Under the pieces are notes generated by a model. The model was not told the origin of the DNA, did no database searches, and saw only the letters and a program-made list of their open reading frames with translations. 64,000 nt of DNA, from positions 256,001 through 320,000 of IMG/VR virus record IMGVR_UViG_3300014208_000024; one strand, written 5' to 3'. The DNA is from a virus. Lineage: Duplodnaviria; Caudoviricetes. The position numbers and the translations under genes were made by a program. Shown here piece by piece: positions 1-9,711 of this stretch. Every line of letters starts with the position of its first letter. The stretch's first letter is position 1.

Positions 1-1
1 A

Positions 2-742
2 ACCTTCTCTGAAATGCTGTCTTCCATCAAATTCAATGCATAAATTTAAATTTAATAAATAAAAATCAAAAGGTAACATTTTTCCGCTCACAGGATTTCT
101 GCATTCATTAAACATTTTTTGCGGAATGAAATCAATTTTGTTTTCAATTAATATTTCACGAATTACAGATTCCCCCTTAGACGTTTTACACTTCGGGCAT
201 CCACATCCTCTTAAATGAGTGTCTGGCATTTGTAAAAAATCCCCATGTTTTTTACATGTAATTATAACATTTTCTTTCATATTATTATATACAACTTTTG
301 AATAATCATATATGTTTTTATGTATAACTTCAAATCTTTTTAAAACACCCTCTGTTGTTTGATGTCTTCCATGACATTTTCCACACTCCTTCCCTTCAAC
401 GTGATTTTTTGGAGTTTGTTCAAAAACGCCATGGATTTTACATATGATTTTTATTTTTTCAAACATACCTTTATATTCTACAAAAGAATAGTCATATTTT
501 TCTCCATGAGTCTTTTTAAATTTATTAATTATTTCTTCAGTAGTATATTTTTTAACTCCAGCACATTCCTTGCACCCCTTTTTTGTATAAATATGATTAT
601 CTGGAGTTTGACTAAAATCTCCATGTTTATGACATGTTATTATTAATTTAGTTTTTGCATTAACATAATTTGATTTATCATAAGAATATTTGTTTTTGTG
701 AATTTCTTCAGCTTTTTCTATGAATTCTTTTAAATTGTGCAT
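2..742 (-). CDS. Putative homing endonuclease, truncated at the window edge: three DUF723-like repeats plus a PD-(D/E)XK nuclease domain
   Basis: Manual translation (absent from ORF track): MHNLKEFIEKAEEIHKNKYSYDKS..IITCHKHGDFSQTPDNH..GCKEC repeated three times, then KMLPFDFY..LCIEFDGRQHF. ATG at 742, TATTTATA at 755-762 on the minus strand. Confidence 0.8.
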   Translation of the reverse strand, partial: MHNLKEFIEKAEEIHKNKYSYDKSNYVNAKTKLIITCHKHGDFSQTPDNHIYTKKGCKECAGVKKYTTEEIINKFKKTHGEKYDYSFVEYKGMFEKIKIICKIHGVFEQTPKNHVEGKECGKCHGRHQTTEGVLKRFEVIHKNIYDYSKVVYNNMKENVIITCKKHGDFLQMPDTHLRGCGCPKCKTSKGESVIREILIENKIDFIPQKMFNECRNPVSGKMLPFDFYLLNLNLCIEFDGRQHFREG

Positions 743-854
743 AATATATTTTCATATAAATATATAAAAATTTAAAATACGACGAAGAACAAATTGATGA
801 TGATATGATTTTTATTTTTTTTTTATATTTATAGGAAACATAAAAATTATTGTC

Positions 855-1244
855 ATGAAAATAAAAAAATCAATCGTTGAACAGATAATTAGAGAAGAAG
901 CTGTAAAAGTTAAAAAACTTATGGTTTTACAAGAAGAGAAAAAAGCAATTCTCAAACAACTCAACGAGTTATACGAAGGTGATGAAATGGATGAAAATAA
1001 ATTTACTGATTTTTTCACAAAAACAAGTGAAGAGTATGCAATGAATTTAATAAAAAAACACCCTTCAAAAGGAAAAACTTATGCATCTTTTGAAGGTGAT
1101 CCAGAAAAACAAGCAAAATATGTAAATGCTGTAAGAAAATGGCCTACTGCAAATCTTGCATGGAGCGAAGAAAAACAAGATTTTGTAAGAACATCAACAC
1201 CAACAGATGCGTCTGGAATATTAGGTCCTATGGGAAAAGAATAG
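855..1244 (+). CDS. Hypothetical protein with N-terminal IIREE tag
   Basis: 129 aa ORF, TATTTATA at 826-833, KKSIVEQIIREEA motif. Confidence 0.75.
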   Translation: MKIKKSIVEQIIREEAVKVKKLMVLQEEKKAILKQLNELYEGDEMDENKFTDFFTKTSEEYAMNLIKKHPSKGKTYASFEGDPEKQAKYVNAVRKWPTANLAWSEEKQDFVRTSTPTDASGILGPMGKE

Positions 1245-1261
1245 TAATCTTATATATATAT

Positions 1262-1288
1262 AAAAACCCCCAAATTTTGGGGGTTTTT
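1262..1288. terminator. Bidirectional intrinsic terminator
   Basis: AAAAACCCCCAAATTTTGGGGGTTTTT between convergent genes. Confidence 0.85.
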
Positions 1289-1292
1289 TGTT

Positions 1293-1679
1293 TTATCTGT
1301 TGTCAATCATTTCAATTTCATCATAAAACATTAGAATCGAATGATTAAGAGCTTGAATCTTTCTTAGTGTTTTATATAACATTACCGTCAAAAAAACAAT
1401 TGGAATTAAACATATGAAGAAAAATAACCCATGAAGACATACAAATGAATAAACAGTAAGAAAAACTAAAAGAGAAAACTCAACATTTCTTCTTATTTTT
1501 GTTTCTTTAATTTCTTTAATATCTTCCTCCATTTGCCTTCTTGTTTCACTAATTTCTTCATAAGACAAATTCTTGATTATGTTTTTTTCAATTTCAATAA
1601 ATTCAGAAAACTCGTTGTGATATTCTTCAAGTTCTTTTTCGTATTTTTCAATACTGCTGTTTTTTTTAATAAATTTCAT
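1293..1679 (-). CDS. Hypothetical membrane protein (coiled coil plus two TM segments)
   Basis: Two hydrophobic stretches, FSLLVFLTVYSFVCL and LFFFICLIPIVFLTVML. Confidence 0.7.
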   Translation of the reverse strand: MKFIKKNSSIEKYEKELEEYHNEFSEFIEIEKNIIKNLSYEEISETRRQMEEDIKEIKETKIRRNVEFSLLVFLTVYSFVCLHGLFFFICLIPIVFLTVMLYKTLRKIQALNHSILMFYDEIEMIDNR

Positions 1680-1716
1680 ACTCTTTTTTTTACGTTAAAC
1701 TTCGTTTCTACTGTAT

Positions 1717-1741
1717 TATACGATTTTTTTTTATAAATGTT
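1717..1741 (-). promoter_or_regulatory. AAC-N16-CGTATA promoter (representative; other copies 28626, 30862, 39138, 45443, 47818, 48851, 50522)
   Basis: 16-nt spacing between AAC and CGTATA in 7 of 8 copies (15 nt at 30862), all shortly upstream of start codons. Confidence 0.65.
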
Positions 1742-1813
1742 ACAAAATAATGTGTTTTTTATTTTGAAATCCCGTTTTTTTTATATATAGAAAAATATTA
1801 TAAAAAAAATACA

Positions 1814-1821
1814 TATTTATA
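1814..1821 (+). promoter_or_regulatory. Putative late promoter TATTTATA (representative of about 20 copies)
   Basis: Motif recurs roughly 10-30 nt upstream of start codons on the coding strand. Confidence 0.6.
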
Positions 1822-1835
1822 AAAAATAAAGTTAT

Positions 1836-2735
1836 ATGATAAAATTTGGAGATATAGGTCCAGAAGTAGCAGAAGTTCAAAAGTTATTATCTTTATTGGG
1901 GTATGACCTAATAGTCGATGCAAATTTTGGAAACAAGACACTAAGATCTATAAAGGCATTTCAAAAAAAATATGGAATTACTCAAGATGGAGTTGTTGGA
2001 GACAAAACATTAACCGCACTAAAAGCTGCACAAAAAAGAACAGCAAAAGAAGATAATAGTCCACTACCTTCAGTAGATTATGAAGGGTTTGATATTGTAA
2101 CAGATTGTCAAATACCAGATCAACAATATGTTAAACAAGTAACATCAAAAAGTCAAATATTTTTACACTTTACAGCTGGTGGAGGCAGTGCAAAAAACAC
2201 TATAAATTATTGGACAAGCGATGCAACTCAAGTTGCAACTGCTTATGTTGTAGATGGAGATTCTGGAAAAGTATATCAAGCTTTTCATCCAGATTATTGG
2301 GGTTGGCACCTTGGAGTAAAAGGAACAAATGGAAAACTAGATAAAGCTTCAATAGGAATAGAAATATGTTCCTATGGGCCTTTGGTTAAAAAGGGAAGCG
2401 ATTTCTTTGCGTGGCCAAACAATTATTCAACAAAAGTAAATGAAAGTAATGTTTATACACTAGAGAATGATTTTAGAGGATACATATATTACTATAAATA
2501 TACTGACAAGCAAATAGAAAACATAGAAAAACTTCTTGAATTTCTTATAAAAAAATACAAAATAAAAGTACAAGGAAATTTTGATTTAAACTGGTTAGAA
2601 TATAACCAAGAATTAATTAATAAATGCTTGCCTGGTATATGGTCTCATTCTAATGTTAGAAAAGATAAATTTGATACTTATCCAGATAAAAGATTATTTG
2701 AAGTTCTTAATAGAATATATAAAAAATTTAATTAA
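1836..2735 (+). CDS. Endolysin: N-terminal peptidoglycan-binding domain plus Amidase_2 N-acetylmuramoyl-L-alanine amidase
   Basis: GDIGPEVAEVQKLL..VDANFGNKT..FQKKYG..DGVVGDKT (PG_binding_1); IFLHFTAG, IGIEI, GIWSHSNVRKDKFD (Zn amidase). Confidence 0.9.
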   Translation: MIKFGDIGPEVAEVQKLLSLLGYDLIVDANFGNKTLRSIKAFQKKYGITQDGVVGDKTLTALKAAQKRTAKEDNSPLPSVDYEGFDIVTDCQIPDQQYVKQVTSKSQIFLHFTAGGGSAKNTINYWTSDATQVATAYVVDGDSGKVYQAFHPDYWGWHLGVKGTNGKLDKASIGIEICSYGPLVKKGSDFFAWPNNYSTKVNESNVYTLENDFRGYIYYYKYTDKQIENIEKLLEFLIKKYKIKVQGNFDLNWLEYNQELINKCLPGIWSHSNVRKDKFDTYPDKRLFEVLNRIYKKFN

Positions 2736-2736
2736 C

Positions 2737-3030
2737 ATGACAAAAGAAGACGAAGTTAAAGTTAGGGAAATTATAAAATCGCATATTGAAAAAGAATTTA
2801 AGAAAGAAAGAGAAGAAACTGAAAAGAACATTCTTAAAGCAATTAAAAATAGCGAAAAATCTCAGAAGAGCGAATTTTTGTCTTCTTTAAAAAAAGAAAT
2901 AGATTCTTTAGATAAAAAAATATTTACAAAAGAACAAATAAAAGATTTAATGATTAAAGCTTTTGTTAGACAAAATAGGTTTAATTGGGAAAAATCAAAG
3001 TTTTTAACATCTTATTTTAATGAATTATAA
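2737..3030 (+). CDS. Hypothetical protein
   Basis: Start moved to the ATG at 2737, directly after the endolysin stop. Confidence 0.7.
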   Translation: MTKEDEVKVREIIKSHIEKEFKKEREETEKNILKAIKNSEKSQKSEFLSSLKKEIDSLDKKIFTKEQIKDLMIKAFVRQNRFNWEKSKFLTSYFNEL

Positions 3031-3032
3031 TT

Positions 3033-3701
3033 ATGGACGAAGTTACAAGAAAAAAAGTATTAGAAATAATAAAAAAATCATTAGACGAAGTTGTCTATGA
3101 TGAAATGAGAAGAGTGCCTGAAACAATTAAAAAAAGGCAAGAGGAAATTAAAAAAACAAAATCTCAAAGAGCTCAAGATGCTCATGATGCTTTATTTGGA
3201 AAAGATGAAGAAATGAATTACAAGTTAAAACTTCATGAAGGACAGGAAAATCCAAAAATAACCACCAACGAACTTGAACAATTCGACAAAGAATTTAAAA
3301 GTCGTTTTCCAGGTATATCTTTTGAAAAACAACCTGGAAATGCACAAATTGTAGGTTTTCCAATAAAAAACGGACAAAAAGATGCTATAACTTCTGGAAA
3401 AATAACAACAGGAGAAAGTGAAATTGGTTTCACCATGTCGTTAATAAACGGATTTAAAATTAACAGCATTATTGAAGGTGGTAAAATTAAGCCATTTGAA
3501 ATTAAAAAAGAAACAAAAGATGTTTTTGGAAAAATATTAAATTTATACGAAGAAATATTTAAAAAAAGATTTAACGATATTATAAATCCAACCGAACAAT
3601 CAGGCGAAGAAGAACTAGAAATGGGAGAAAACCCACCATCAGCTCCTCCTACAGCTACACCACAACCCACTGCATCAGTCAATCCAACACCTAGCGTGTA
3701 A
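3033..3701 (+). CDS. Hypothetical protein with Pro/Thr-rich C-terminus
   Basis: 222 aa ORF in operon. Confidence 0.75.
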   Translation: MDEVTRKKVLEIIKKSLDEVVYDEMRRVPETIKKRQEEIKKTKSQRAQDAHDALFGKDEEMNYKLKLHEGQENPKITTNELEQFDKEFKSRFPGISFEKQPGNAQIVGFPIKNGQKDAITSGKITTGESEIGFTMSLINGFKINSIIEGGKIKPFEIKKETKDVFGKILNLYEEIFKKRFNDIINPTEQSGEEELEMGENPPSAPPTATPQPTASVNPTPSV

Positions 3702-3755
3702 CATTAATTAAATAACTATTTAATTTTTCCTTTTTAAGGATTATATTTTATTTGT

Positions 3756-4046
3756 ATGCATACAATTCAACAAATAATAGAAAATCAAAAAAAATTTAAA
3801 GAGGAAATATTTTATTTTTTTTCCAAAGAACATGCTGAAGCAAAGAAAATTCTTAGTGAAATTGAATCGGATGATGAATACATTGTTAAAGAAAAAAACA
3901 AACTTAAAAATAGATTTAAAAAAATTAAACAAAGAAACTATATTGAGCGTTTATTTTTTTTAAATTCTTGTAGAAACACTATTTTTTATGTATGGTGGGA
4001 TGAAGAAGAAAAAGAAGCTAAAATTTTTAAATATGACAAAAGATAG
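3756..4046 (+). CDS. Hypothetical protein
   Basis: 96 aa ORF. Confidence 0.65.
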   Translation: MHTIQQIIENQKKFKEEIFYFFSKEHAEAKKILSEIESDDEYIVKEKNKLKNRFKKIKQRNYIERLFFLNSCRNTIFYVWWDEEEKEAKIFKYDKR

Positions 4047-4362
4047 AAAAAACACCCAAATTTATTTAATAGATATTAAATATAAACATTCGATAAATTA
4101 TTTTGAAGAATGGTATGGAGAAAGCGTAAGTTATTCTTTTATTGAACAAGAAAGTTATATAGATTTAAAGAAAATGATTTCTGAAATGATTAATGAAAAA
4201 ATAAAATTTAGAAAATTTGAAAGAAATAATATGATTTTAACACTTAAAGTTGAAATGTTGGATGAAGAATTGGAAAAATTGAGATATTTAATAAAAGAGA
4301 AGAAACTTAAATTTCTTCATGATTATGAAATTAGTGATATTAGAAATTATAAAAAAGAATAA
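4033..4362 (+). CDS. Hypothetical protein
   Basis: Likely start MTKDRKN at 4033, overlapping the upstream stop. Confidence 0.65.
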   Translation: MTKDRKNTQIYLIDIKYKHSINYFEEWYGESVSYSFIEQESYIDLKKMISEMINEKIKFRKFERNNMILTLKVEMLDEELEKLRYLIKEKKLKFLHDYEISDIRNYKKE

Positions 4363-4365
4363 ATC

Positions 4366-5382
4366 ATGGCACAAGAACTAACTTTAGCTCAATTAGAAAG
4401 AATCAAGCAACAAAGAATCCAAAAGTTTAAAGCTATTGGATTACCTGAAACCGCAGGACAAATAGCGGATATTCCAATTGAAAACATACCAGAACAAAGA
4501 GTTTACGAAGCTCCACAACAAACAATTCCACAACCACAACATGCACAACAAATAGAAATGAGCATGGAAATGCCAAACAAAGCAAACATTGAAGAAGCCA
4601 TACAGCAACAATTGGCGGAAGAAAGAGCACAAAGGAATGCTTCTATGTATACTGCACCAAGAGATAAATTTAGTGCACTAGAAGCAATTAGAAGAGGTGC
4701 AAAAAAACAAGAATTTAAACAATTTATTAAAGCAGAATATAGTGGAGTAAATGGAAATCAAATTCCAGAAACAAAAGTTGGAAAAAGAAAATCTAGACCA
4801 GGACAACAACAAGAAAAATCTTCAAATGCAATAGAGCCGCAATCTTTTTCAGCTAAAGGAAATGCGGGTGAGTTGGGAATGTTAGAGAGTTTATTTACAG
4901 ATAAATCTCCTGGAATTAATGTTCGATCATCTGGAAATGGAGTTCCTCAAGGAAATTTAATTGAAACAGACGAAAACTATTCAAATGTAGGGGCCCATTT
5001 CGATCCAGTTGCTCATTTAAAAGCAAAAGCTGCAGAAAAGGGAGTTAATATTGATTTTAACAAGAATAAAAAGTTAATAACAGAAAATAATACTCCACAA
5101 GTTTTTCAAACTGGCAATTCTGAACAAATGTCTCAAATGATGCTTATGATGGAGGCTATGATGAAAACCCAACAAAAAAACAATTATGATCTTCCATCGT
5201 TAAAAGAAATGATAACAGAAATTGCTAAAAAAACAGCAGAAGATACCATAAGAAAGGTTCTAAAAGAATACTTGGAAAACCAAAAAAAGAAAAACGTTTT
5301 TGAAGTAGTAAATAAAGAAAAAAATGTTGTAAAAATCGGAGACAAATACTTTCAATTAAAACAAGTAGTTGTTAAATCTTAA
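4366..5382 (+). CDS. Hypothetical Gln-rich protein
   Basis: 338 aa ORF. Confidence 0.8.
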   Translation: MAQELTLAQLERIKQQRIQKFKAIGLPETAGQIADIPIENIPEQRVYEAPQQTIPQPQHAQQIEMSMEMPNKANIEEAIQQQLAEERAQRNASMYTAPRDKFSALEAIRRGAKKQEFKQFIKAEYSGVNGNQIPETKVGKRKSRPGQQQEKSSNAIEPQSFSAKGNAGELGMLESLFTDKSPGINVRSSGNGVPQGNLIETDENYSNVGAHFDPVAHLKAKAAEKGVNIDFNKNKKLITENNTPQVFQTGNSEQMSQMMLMMEAMMKTQQKNNYDLPSLKEMITEIAKKTAEDTIRKVLKEYLENQKKKNVFEVVNKEKNVVKIGDKYFQLKQVVVKS

Positions 5383-5888
5383 TATAAATCATCGATAGTA
5401 AAATTATTTGTAAAAATAACTTTTAATGTAGGGGAAGGTCTTGACTCTCCAGAACACCATTCTTTTGAAAATTGTTCTGGAGTTTTTTTTAATTCAACTA
5501 TACTCCTTTGACTTAGAGCTCCATAAATTTGATTTGATCTAGTTAATCTTATTATGTTATTTTGATCATGTATAGAATTTACAAAAATTACTAATTTTTT
5601 CTTTATTGCACTATCTATATGTTGTGTTAAGTGGCATGCTTTACATAATGTAATACCTTTTGAAAGTTCTGGATTAGCTTTATTTACTTCGAATAAGTGA
5701 AAAAATAAACAATCGTTTTTTCTTGATTGTGGAGGTTCATGTTCGCATGCAGCACATTTTCCTCTGTCTAAAATAAACGCCTCGTTTTTAAGCCACGCAA
5801 ATAATTCTTGCCCATAAATTTTAATAAACTGTTTTTCTGGAAAAGTATTGCAAATAAGCAATTTATATGGTCTTGGTATATTTTTCAT
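5379..5888 (-). CDS. HNH-fold Zn-binding protein (degenerate)
   Basis: DRGKCAAC..FHLF..NKANPELSKGITLCKACHLTQH. Confidence 0.55.
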   Translation of the reverse strand: MKNIPRPYKLLICNTFPEKQFIKIYGQELFAWLKNEAFILDRGKCAACEHEPPQSRKNDCLFFHLFEVNKANPELSKGITLCKACHLTQHIDSAIKKKLVIFVNSIHDQNNIIRLTRSNQIYGALSQRSIVELKKTPEQFSKEWCSGESRPSPTLKVIFTNNFTIDDLY

Positions 5889-6019
5889 GTAACAAATATA
5901 GAAATTTTTTCTCTAATTTCAAAATCATATTAAATATTTTTATTATTTTTTTTAAAAATTTTTTTTATGTTCTTTGATTTTTATGTTTTATTGTCTATTT
6001 ATATAAAAAATTAATTTAT

Positions 6020-6760
6020 ATGGATAACACTATTAAATTCAAAAACAAAGAAGAATTTGCGCAATATGTGCAAACTGAAGCTCGCAAAATTCTTAAAGAA
6101 GAAGAAAAAATTCAAAGTCTTGGAAATCCCACAGATTTAAAAATGAATAAAAATGATGGTTCCAAAAATTCTACTGGAGCAAAAGTGGAAATAAAAAAAG
6201 GTGGTTCTTTTAAGGAAAAAACTGCAGCACCCACCAATATTCCAAAAGAATTTAAATCAACCAAAGATCCAATTGAGGTTAAAATGGAAGAAAGAAGCGA
6301 AGGTCATGATGGTGACATAGCAACCGCAGCTAAAATAGAGGGAACAAAAAGCGAAAAATCTGAAACGGAAACAAATCCTTTTATTAAAGGTCAAGCAAAA
6401 CCCAAAGTAGATAGTAAAACTAGTCAACCTAATGTTACAAAAGAAGCTGATCCAACCAAAGAGGGCGGGGTTCCTGGAAAAAAAGAAAACGATGTTCCAA
6501 TGAACAAAGAAGATAAAGAAGATAAATCTGAAAAACCAATGACTCAAGTTTTAGGAAAAGGAGAAGTTGGAAAAGATGGATTTTCTAAAGGTCAAACAAA
6601 CAAAGAGGTTAACAAAGAAGCAAAAAATGAAAAAGACGAATACGAACAAAAATTAAGAGATTCTATAAAAACCATTCAATTGCCAGAAAATTTTAAAAAT
6701 AAAAAAGCAATGTTGGAGTTTATTAAAAAAGAAGCTCTTAGAATATCAAAAATTATCTAA
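6020..6760 (+). CDS. Hypothetical low-complexity Lys/Glu-rich protein, probably late
   Basis: TATTTATA at 5996; EARKILKEEE and FIKKEALRISKII motifs at the two ends. Confidence 0.75.
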   Translation: MDNTIKFKNKEEFAQYVQTEARKILKEEEKIQSLGNPTDLKMNKNDGSKNSTGAKVEIKKGGSFKEKTAAPTNIPKEFKSTKDPIEVKMEERSEGHDGDIATAAKIEGTKSEKSETETNPFIKGQAKPKVDSKTSQPNVTKEADPTKEGGVPGKKENDVPMNKEDKEDKSEKPMTQVLGKGEVGKDGFSKGQTNKEVNKEAKNEKDEYEQKLRDSIKTIQLPENFKNKKAMLEFIKKEALRISKII

Positions 6761-6776
6761 CAATATTTTATATTTT

Positions 6777-6810
6777 AAAAGAGTCGAGATTAATCTTGAC
6801 TCTTTTTTTT
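6777..6810 (+). terminator. Intrinsic terminator
   Basis: AAAAGAGTCGAGA-tta-atCTTGACTCTTTTTTT hairpin with T tract. Confidence 0.75.
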
Positions 6811-6818
6811 ATTTTTAC

Positions 6819-6826
6819 TATATTTG
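6819..6826 (+). promoter_or_regulatory. Bacteroidota-type -7 promoter TAnnTTTG (also 10773, 19877, 25941, 28322, 37994, 43760, 53793)
   Basis: TATATTTG or TATCTTTG upstream of start codons; matches the established Bacteroidetes primary sigma -7 consensus. Confidence 0.65.
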
Positions 6827-6839
6827 AAAAAAAATACAT

Positions 6840-8870
6840 ATGCAAGTTTTAAATATAGAAGAAATTAAAAAAGAATATTCATTTTTGTTTGATGATGAAA
6901 ATAATGGAAAAGAAGTTTATTTTTGTAATTGTGGTTTTGTAACAGAAACCGAAAAAAAATTTGATAGAGACGTAGAAAAACACGAACAAATAAACTATTT
7001 ATTTCCACAAGATACTGGTGATAAAATAAAAATAATAGAAGAAGATGAGTTTGCAGATTTATTTAAAAGTATAAAATTAGCACAAGAAGATTTTTTTATA
7101 ATATGTGATGGATGTGGAAAAAATTTTTCTACATTAGAAAACCAAAAAAAACTTATTGTCAATAATTCTTTTTTTATCTCTGGATATAATATAATGGAAA
7201 GTGAAGATGAATTGTTTTTATATTATGGAAAAATAAAATCAAACATAAAAGAAAAAGAATTCGAATATTTTCTTGATTTTGAACAAAAATATAAATACAT
7301 AAAATACAACAAAACTCTTAATAAGATGTATTTTAAAGATATCGATGTTGATGAGATAGAATTTGATTTAGACAAGATTACAAAAGTAACAGATAATATA
7401 TTCACCGAAGAAGTTCAAAATATTTATAATTTATATTATATTCAATTATATATCAGTAAGCTGGCAAAAAACGTGTCAGATGTAAACAACACAAACGTAG
7501 TAGAGGAACTGTTGGGTGAAGTAAAAAATAGAATTAATCATGCTGGATTAGATTCAATTAAAAAAGTTATATCTATATTCCTGGGCATCATTAAATATTC
7601 AAATTTATCAACTATAGCACTTACAAAAGGATGTAAGTTTTTATATGAGTTAATGAAAGAGTGTGACATACCAAGTGTGGAAAAATTAAAAGAAAGCGGA
7701 TTGACTTCTCCAATACCAATATTTAACTATCTTGTTAGTAATTACATTAAAAAAATAAACGAAGAGGTAAATGAAGACAACAAAGAAATTCATGAATTTT
7801 TATTTAAATCTAGTAAAATAGTTAAAATGGAAATCGATGAAGAATCTGATTTACAAAGAAAACCTTCTGAAAGATTACAGGAAGTGAAAAGTTTTGAAGT
7901 GGTTGAGGGTGAAGAAAAGGAAATGAAAATAAAATACAAAGAAAATGAAAACTATAAATCAAAAGTTATACACAACTCTGGGGCAAACAAATTCCAAGTA
8001 ATGGAAATATCAAATGATGCAAATGCTTCTAAGTTTATATACAAAAACATTAAAAATTTTTCAGATTACAAACAACTGTTGAAATATTTTAAATTCTATG
8101 ATAAACATCAAATTATAAATTTATTACAAAAATATGACCTTGAACTTCTCACAAGAGTTATTGATTTGATTTATTTCAGAGACTCAATGGACATCAAAGA
8201 GTTTGAAAGAATTATAACAATAATAAAAGACTTCACTGTTCAAGAAACATTAAAATATAAACCAACTCTCAATATGAGCAATTTCGTCACAGACTATTCA
8301 AACGTAAATAAATTTGAATTCATATTTTATGATGACAGTGTAATGATGATGGAAGTTCTTGAATTTGATCCAAGAAGAGAGTTTAATAAAATAAAAACAT
8401 ATAAAGAACTAAGAGATTATCACGATAATCTTGTTAAATATTTCAATGTTGTGTCCGACAAAGAAAAAAATGCTAAATTTAAAAGTTTTGTAAATAGGTT
8501 TACATTTTTAGAAAACAAAGAAGATTACGAAGGGCCTATTGAATTTAAATTAATATCTACCCCAGCAATGTTAATAACAGAAGGAGTTCAAATGAAGCAT
8601 AGCGCCTCTTCTTATTCGAAAAAAGTTATTACAGAATCTTACCTTATTGGACAAGTATTCGATAGAACCACAAATCTTTCCGCAGATGAATTAACAAGAT
8701 TCACTATAGGATTTACTTTTGACAGTGTAAATGGTTTGGAATTTCATCAAGTAAAAGGTATGGCAAACAAACCAGGAACAGATAGGTTTAAAAAATTATT
8801 AATGGAATTCCTTACTGCAAAAGATATCTCTTATAGACCAATAAAAGATTTAAAATTGAATAATGAATAA
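6840..8870 (+). CDS. Large protein with N-terminal Cys motifs and C-terminal PcfJ-like domain
   Basis: ELRDYHDNL..LISTPAMLITEGVQMKHSASSY..FHQVKGMANK resembles the PcfJ L.xEG..M.HCV..Y signature; CNCG and CDGC at N-terminus. Confidence 0.65.
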   Translation: MQVLNIEEIKKEYSFLFDDENNGKEVYFCNCGFVTETEKKFDRDVEKHEQINYLFPQDTGDKIKIIEEDEFADLFKSIKLAQEDFFIICDGCGKNFSTLENQKKLIVNNSFFISGYNIMESEDELFLYYGKIKSNIKEKEFEYFLDFEQKYKYIKYNKTLNKMYFKDIDVDEIEFDLDKITKVTDNIFTEEVQNIYNLYYIQLYISKLAKNVSDVNNTNVVEELLGEVKNRINHAGLDSIKKVISIFLGIIKYSNLSTIALTKGCKFLYELMKECDIPSVEKLKESGLTSPIPIFNYLVSNYIKKINEEVNEDNKEIHEFLFKSSKIVKMEIDEESDLQRKPSERLQEVKSFEVVEGEEKEMKIKYKENENYKSKVIHNSGANKFQVMEISNDANASKFIYKNIKNFSDYKQLLKYFKFYDKHQIINLLQKYDLELLTRVIDLIYFRDSMDIKEFERIITIIKDFTVQETLKYKPTLNMSNFVTDYSNVNKFEFIFYDDSVMMMEVLEFDPRREFNKIKTYKELRDYHDNLVKYFNVVSDKEKNAKFKSFVNRFTFLENKEDYEGPIEFKLISTPAMLITEGVQMKHSASSYSKKVITESYLIGQVFDRTTNLSADELTRFTIGFTFDSVNGLEFHQVKGMANKPGTDRFKKLLMEFLTAKDISYRPIKDLKLNNE

Positions 8871-9171
8871 TTTAGAAGATCTACTTTGTAAACACATTAA
8901 AAAAGAATCAAGAGAAAAAATAGGTCGAATTATAGATGAAATAAAATCTCTTGGATATGAATTTGTTCACAAAACAGAAGATGGATTTCCGATGTTAATG
9001 GGAGGACTAGAATTTTATGCAAGAAAAGGAACTTTGCTTATGGTTTATGATATAAGAGGATGTTTAACTTTACAATGTAACAAAAAAGATTTCATCAATT
9101 GGGAAGGTGATTTTGTTTGTAAACATTATCCAGCAACTTATTTAACACTGGCATATAGACAAATAACATAA
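8863..9171 (+). CDS. Hypothetical protein
   Basis: 102 aa, overlaps upstream stop. Confidence 0.65.
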   Translation: MNNLEDLLCKHIKKESREKIGRIIDEIKSLGYEFVHKTEDGFPMLMGGLEFYARKGTLLMVYDIRGCLTLQCNKKDFINWEGDFVCKHYPATYLTLAYRQIT

Positions 9172-9218
9172 ACACAATAAAAAAAGAATTTTATGCTATT
9201 TATTATAAAACATTTATA

Positions 9219-9701
9219 ATGAAAAATAGCATTAAAAATTTTTTATTAGAATCAGAAAGTGATAAGGATGATAATTTTACTTATATCAAAGGAGATACTA
9301 TTGCAAAAGTTAACGATGTAGACTTTGACAAAAAAGAAGATTATATAAAAATAGACTTTTCTACTACTTATAAAAAGAAATACTCATTTGTAGCAAAACT
9401 AACCGATTTTAAAAAATGGTTAAATAACAGATTAAAAGAAAAAAACGAATCCCCAAATTTATTTCACGACTACCTAGTAAATTTTTTTAATTCTTCGAAA
9501 GAGGCTGATGTAAAACAAATAGACGAAATTATAGACGATACAAATGAAATTATGCCAGATGAAGATATGCCGTCAAATGCTACAAACAGAATGATTGGAA
9601 CAGGTCATACGATGGACTTAGAAAAAATCTTCAAAAGATCTATGCCAAAATCAGTTAGAAATTACTCTGGTAACTTGGGATTAGGAACAGTAGTTTGGTA
9701 A
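9219..9701 (+). CDS. Hypothetical protein, probably late
   Basis: TATTTATT at 9197; IKNFLLE N-terminus. Confidence 0.75.
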   Translation: MKNSIKNFLLESESDKDDNFTYIKGDTIAKVNDVDFDKKEDYIKIDFSTTYKKKYSFVAKLTDFKKWLNNRLKEKNESPNLFHDYLVNFFNSSKEADVKQIDEIIDDTNEIMPDEDMPSNATNRMIGTGHTMDLEKIFKRSMPKSVRNYSGNLGLGTVVW

Positions 9702-9711
9702 AAATATAAAA

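Noticed and set aside
359-1736. ORF-track entries 359-646, 812-1018, 1139-1348 and 1533-1736 (and similar Phe/Ile/Ser-rich antisense ORFs throughout)
   Set aside because: They are shadow frames of real genes on the other strand or frame, with the composition expected from antisense of Lys/Glu-rich genes.
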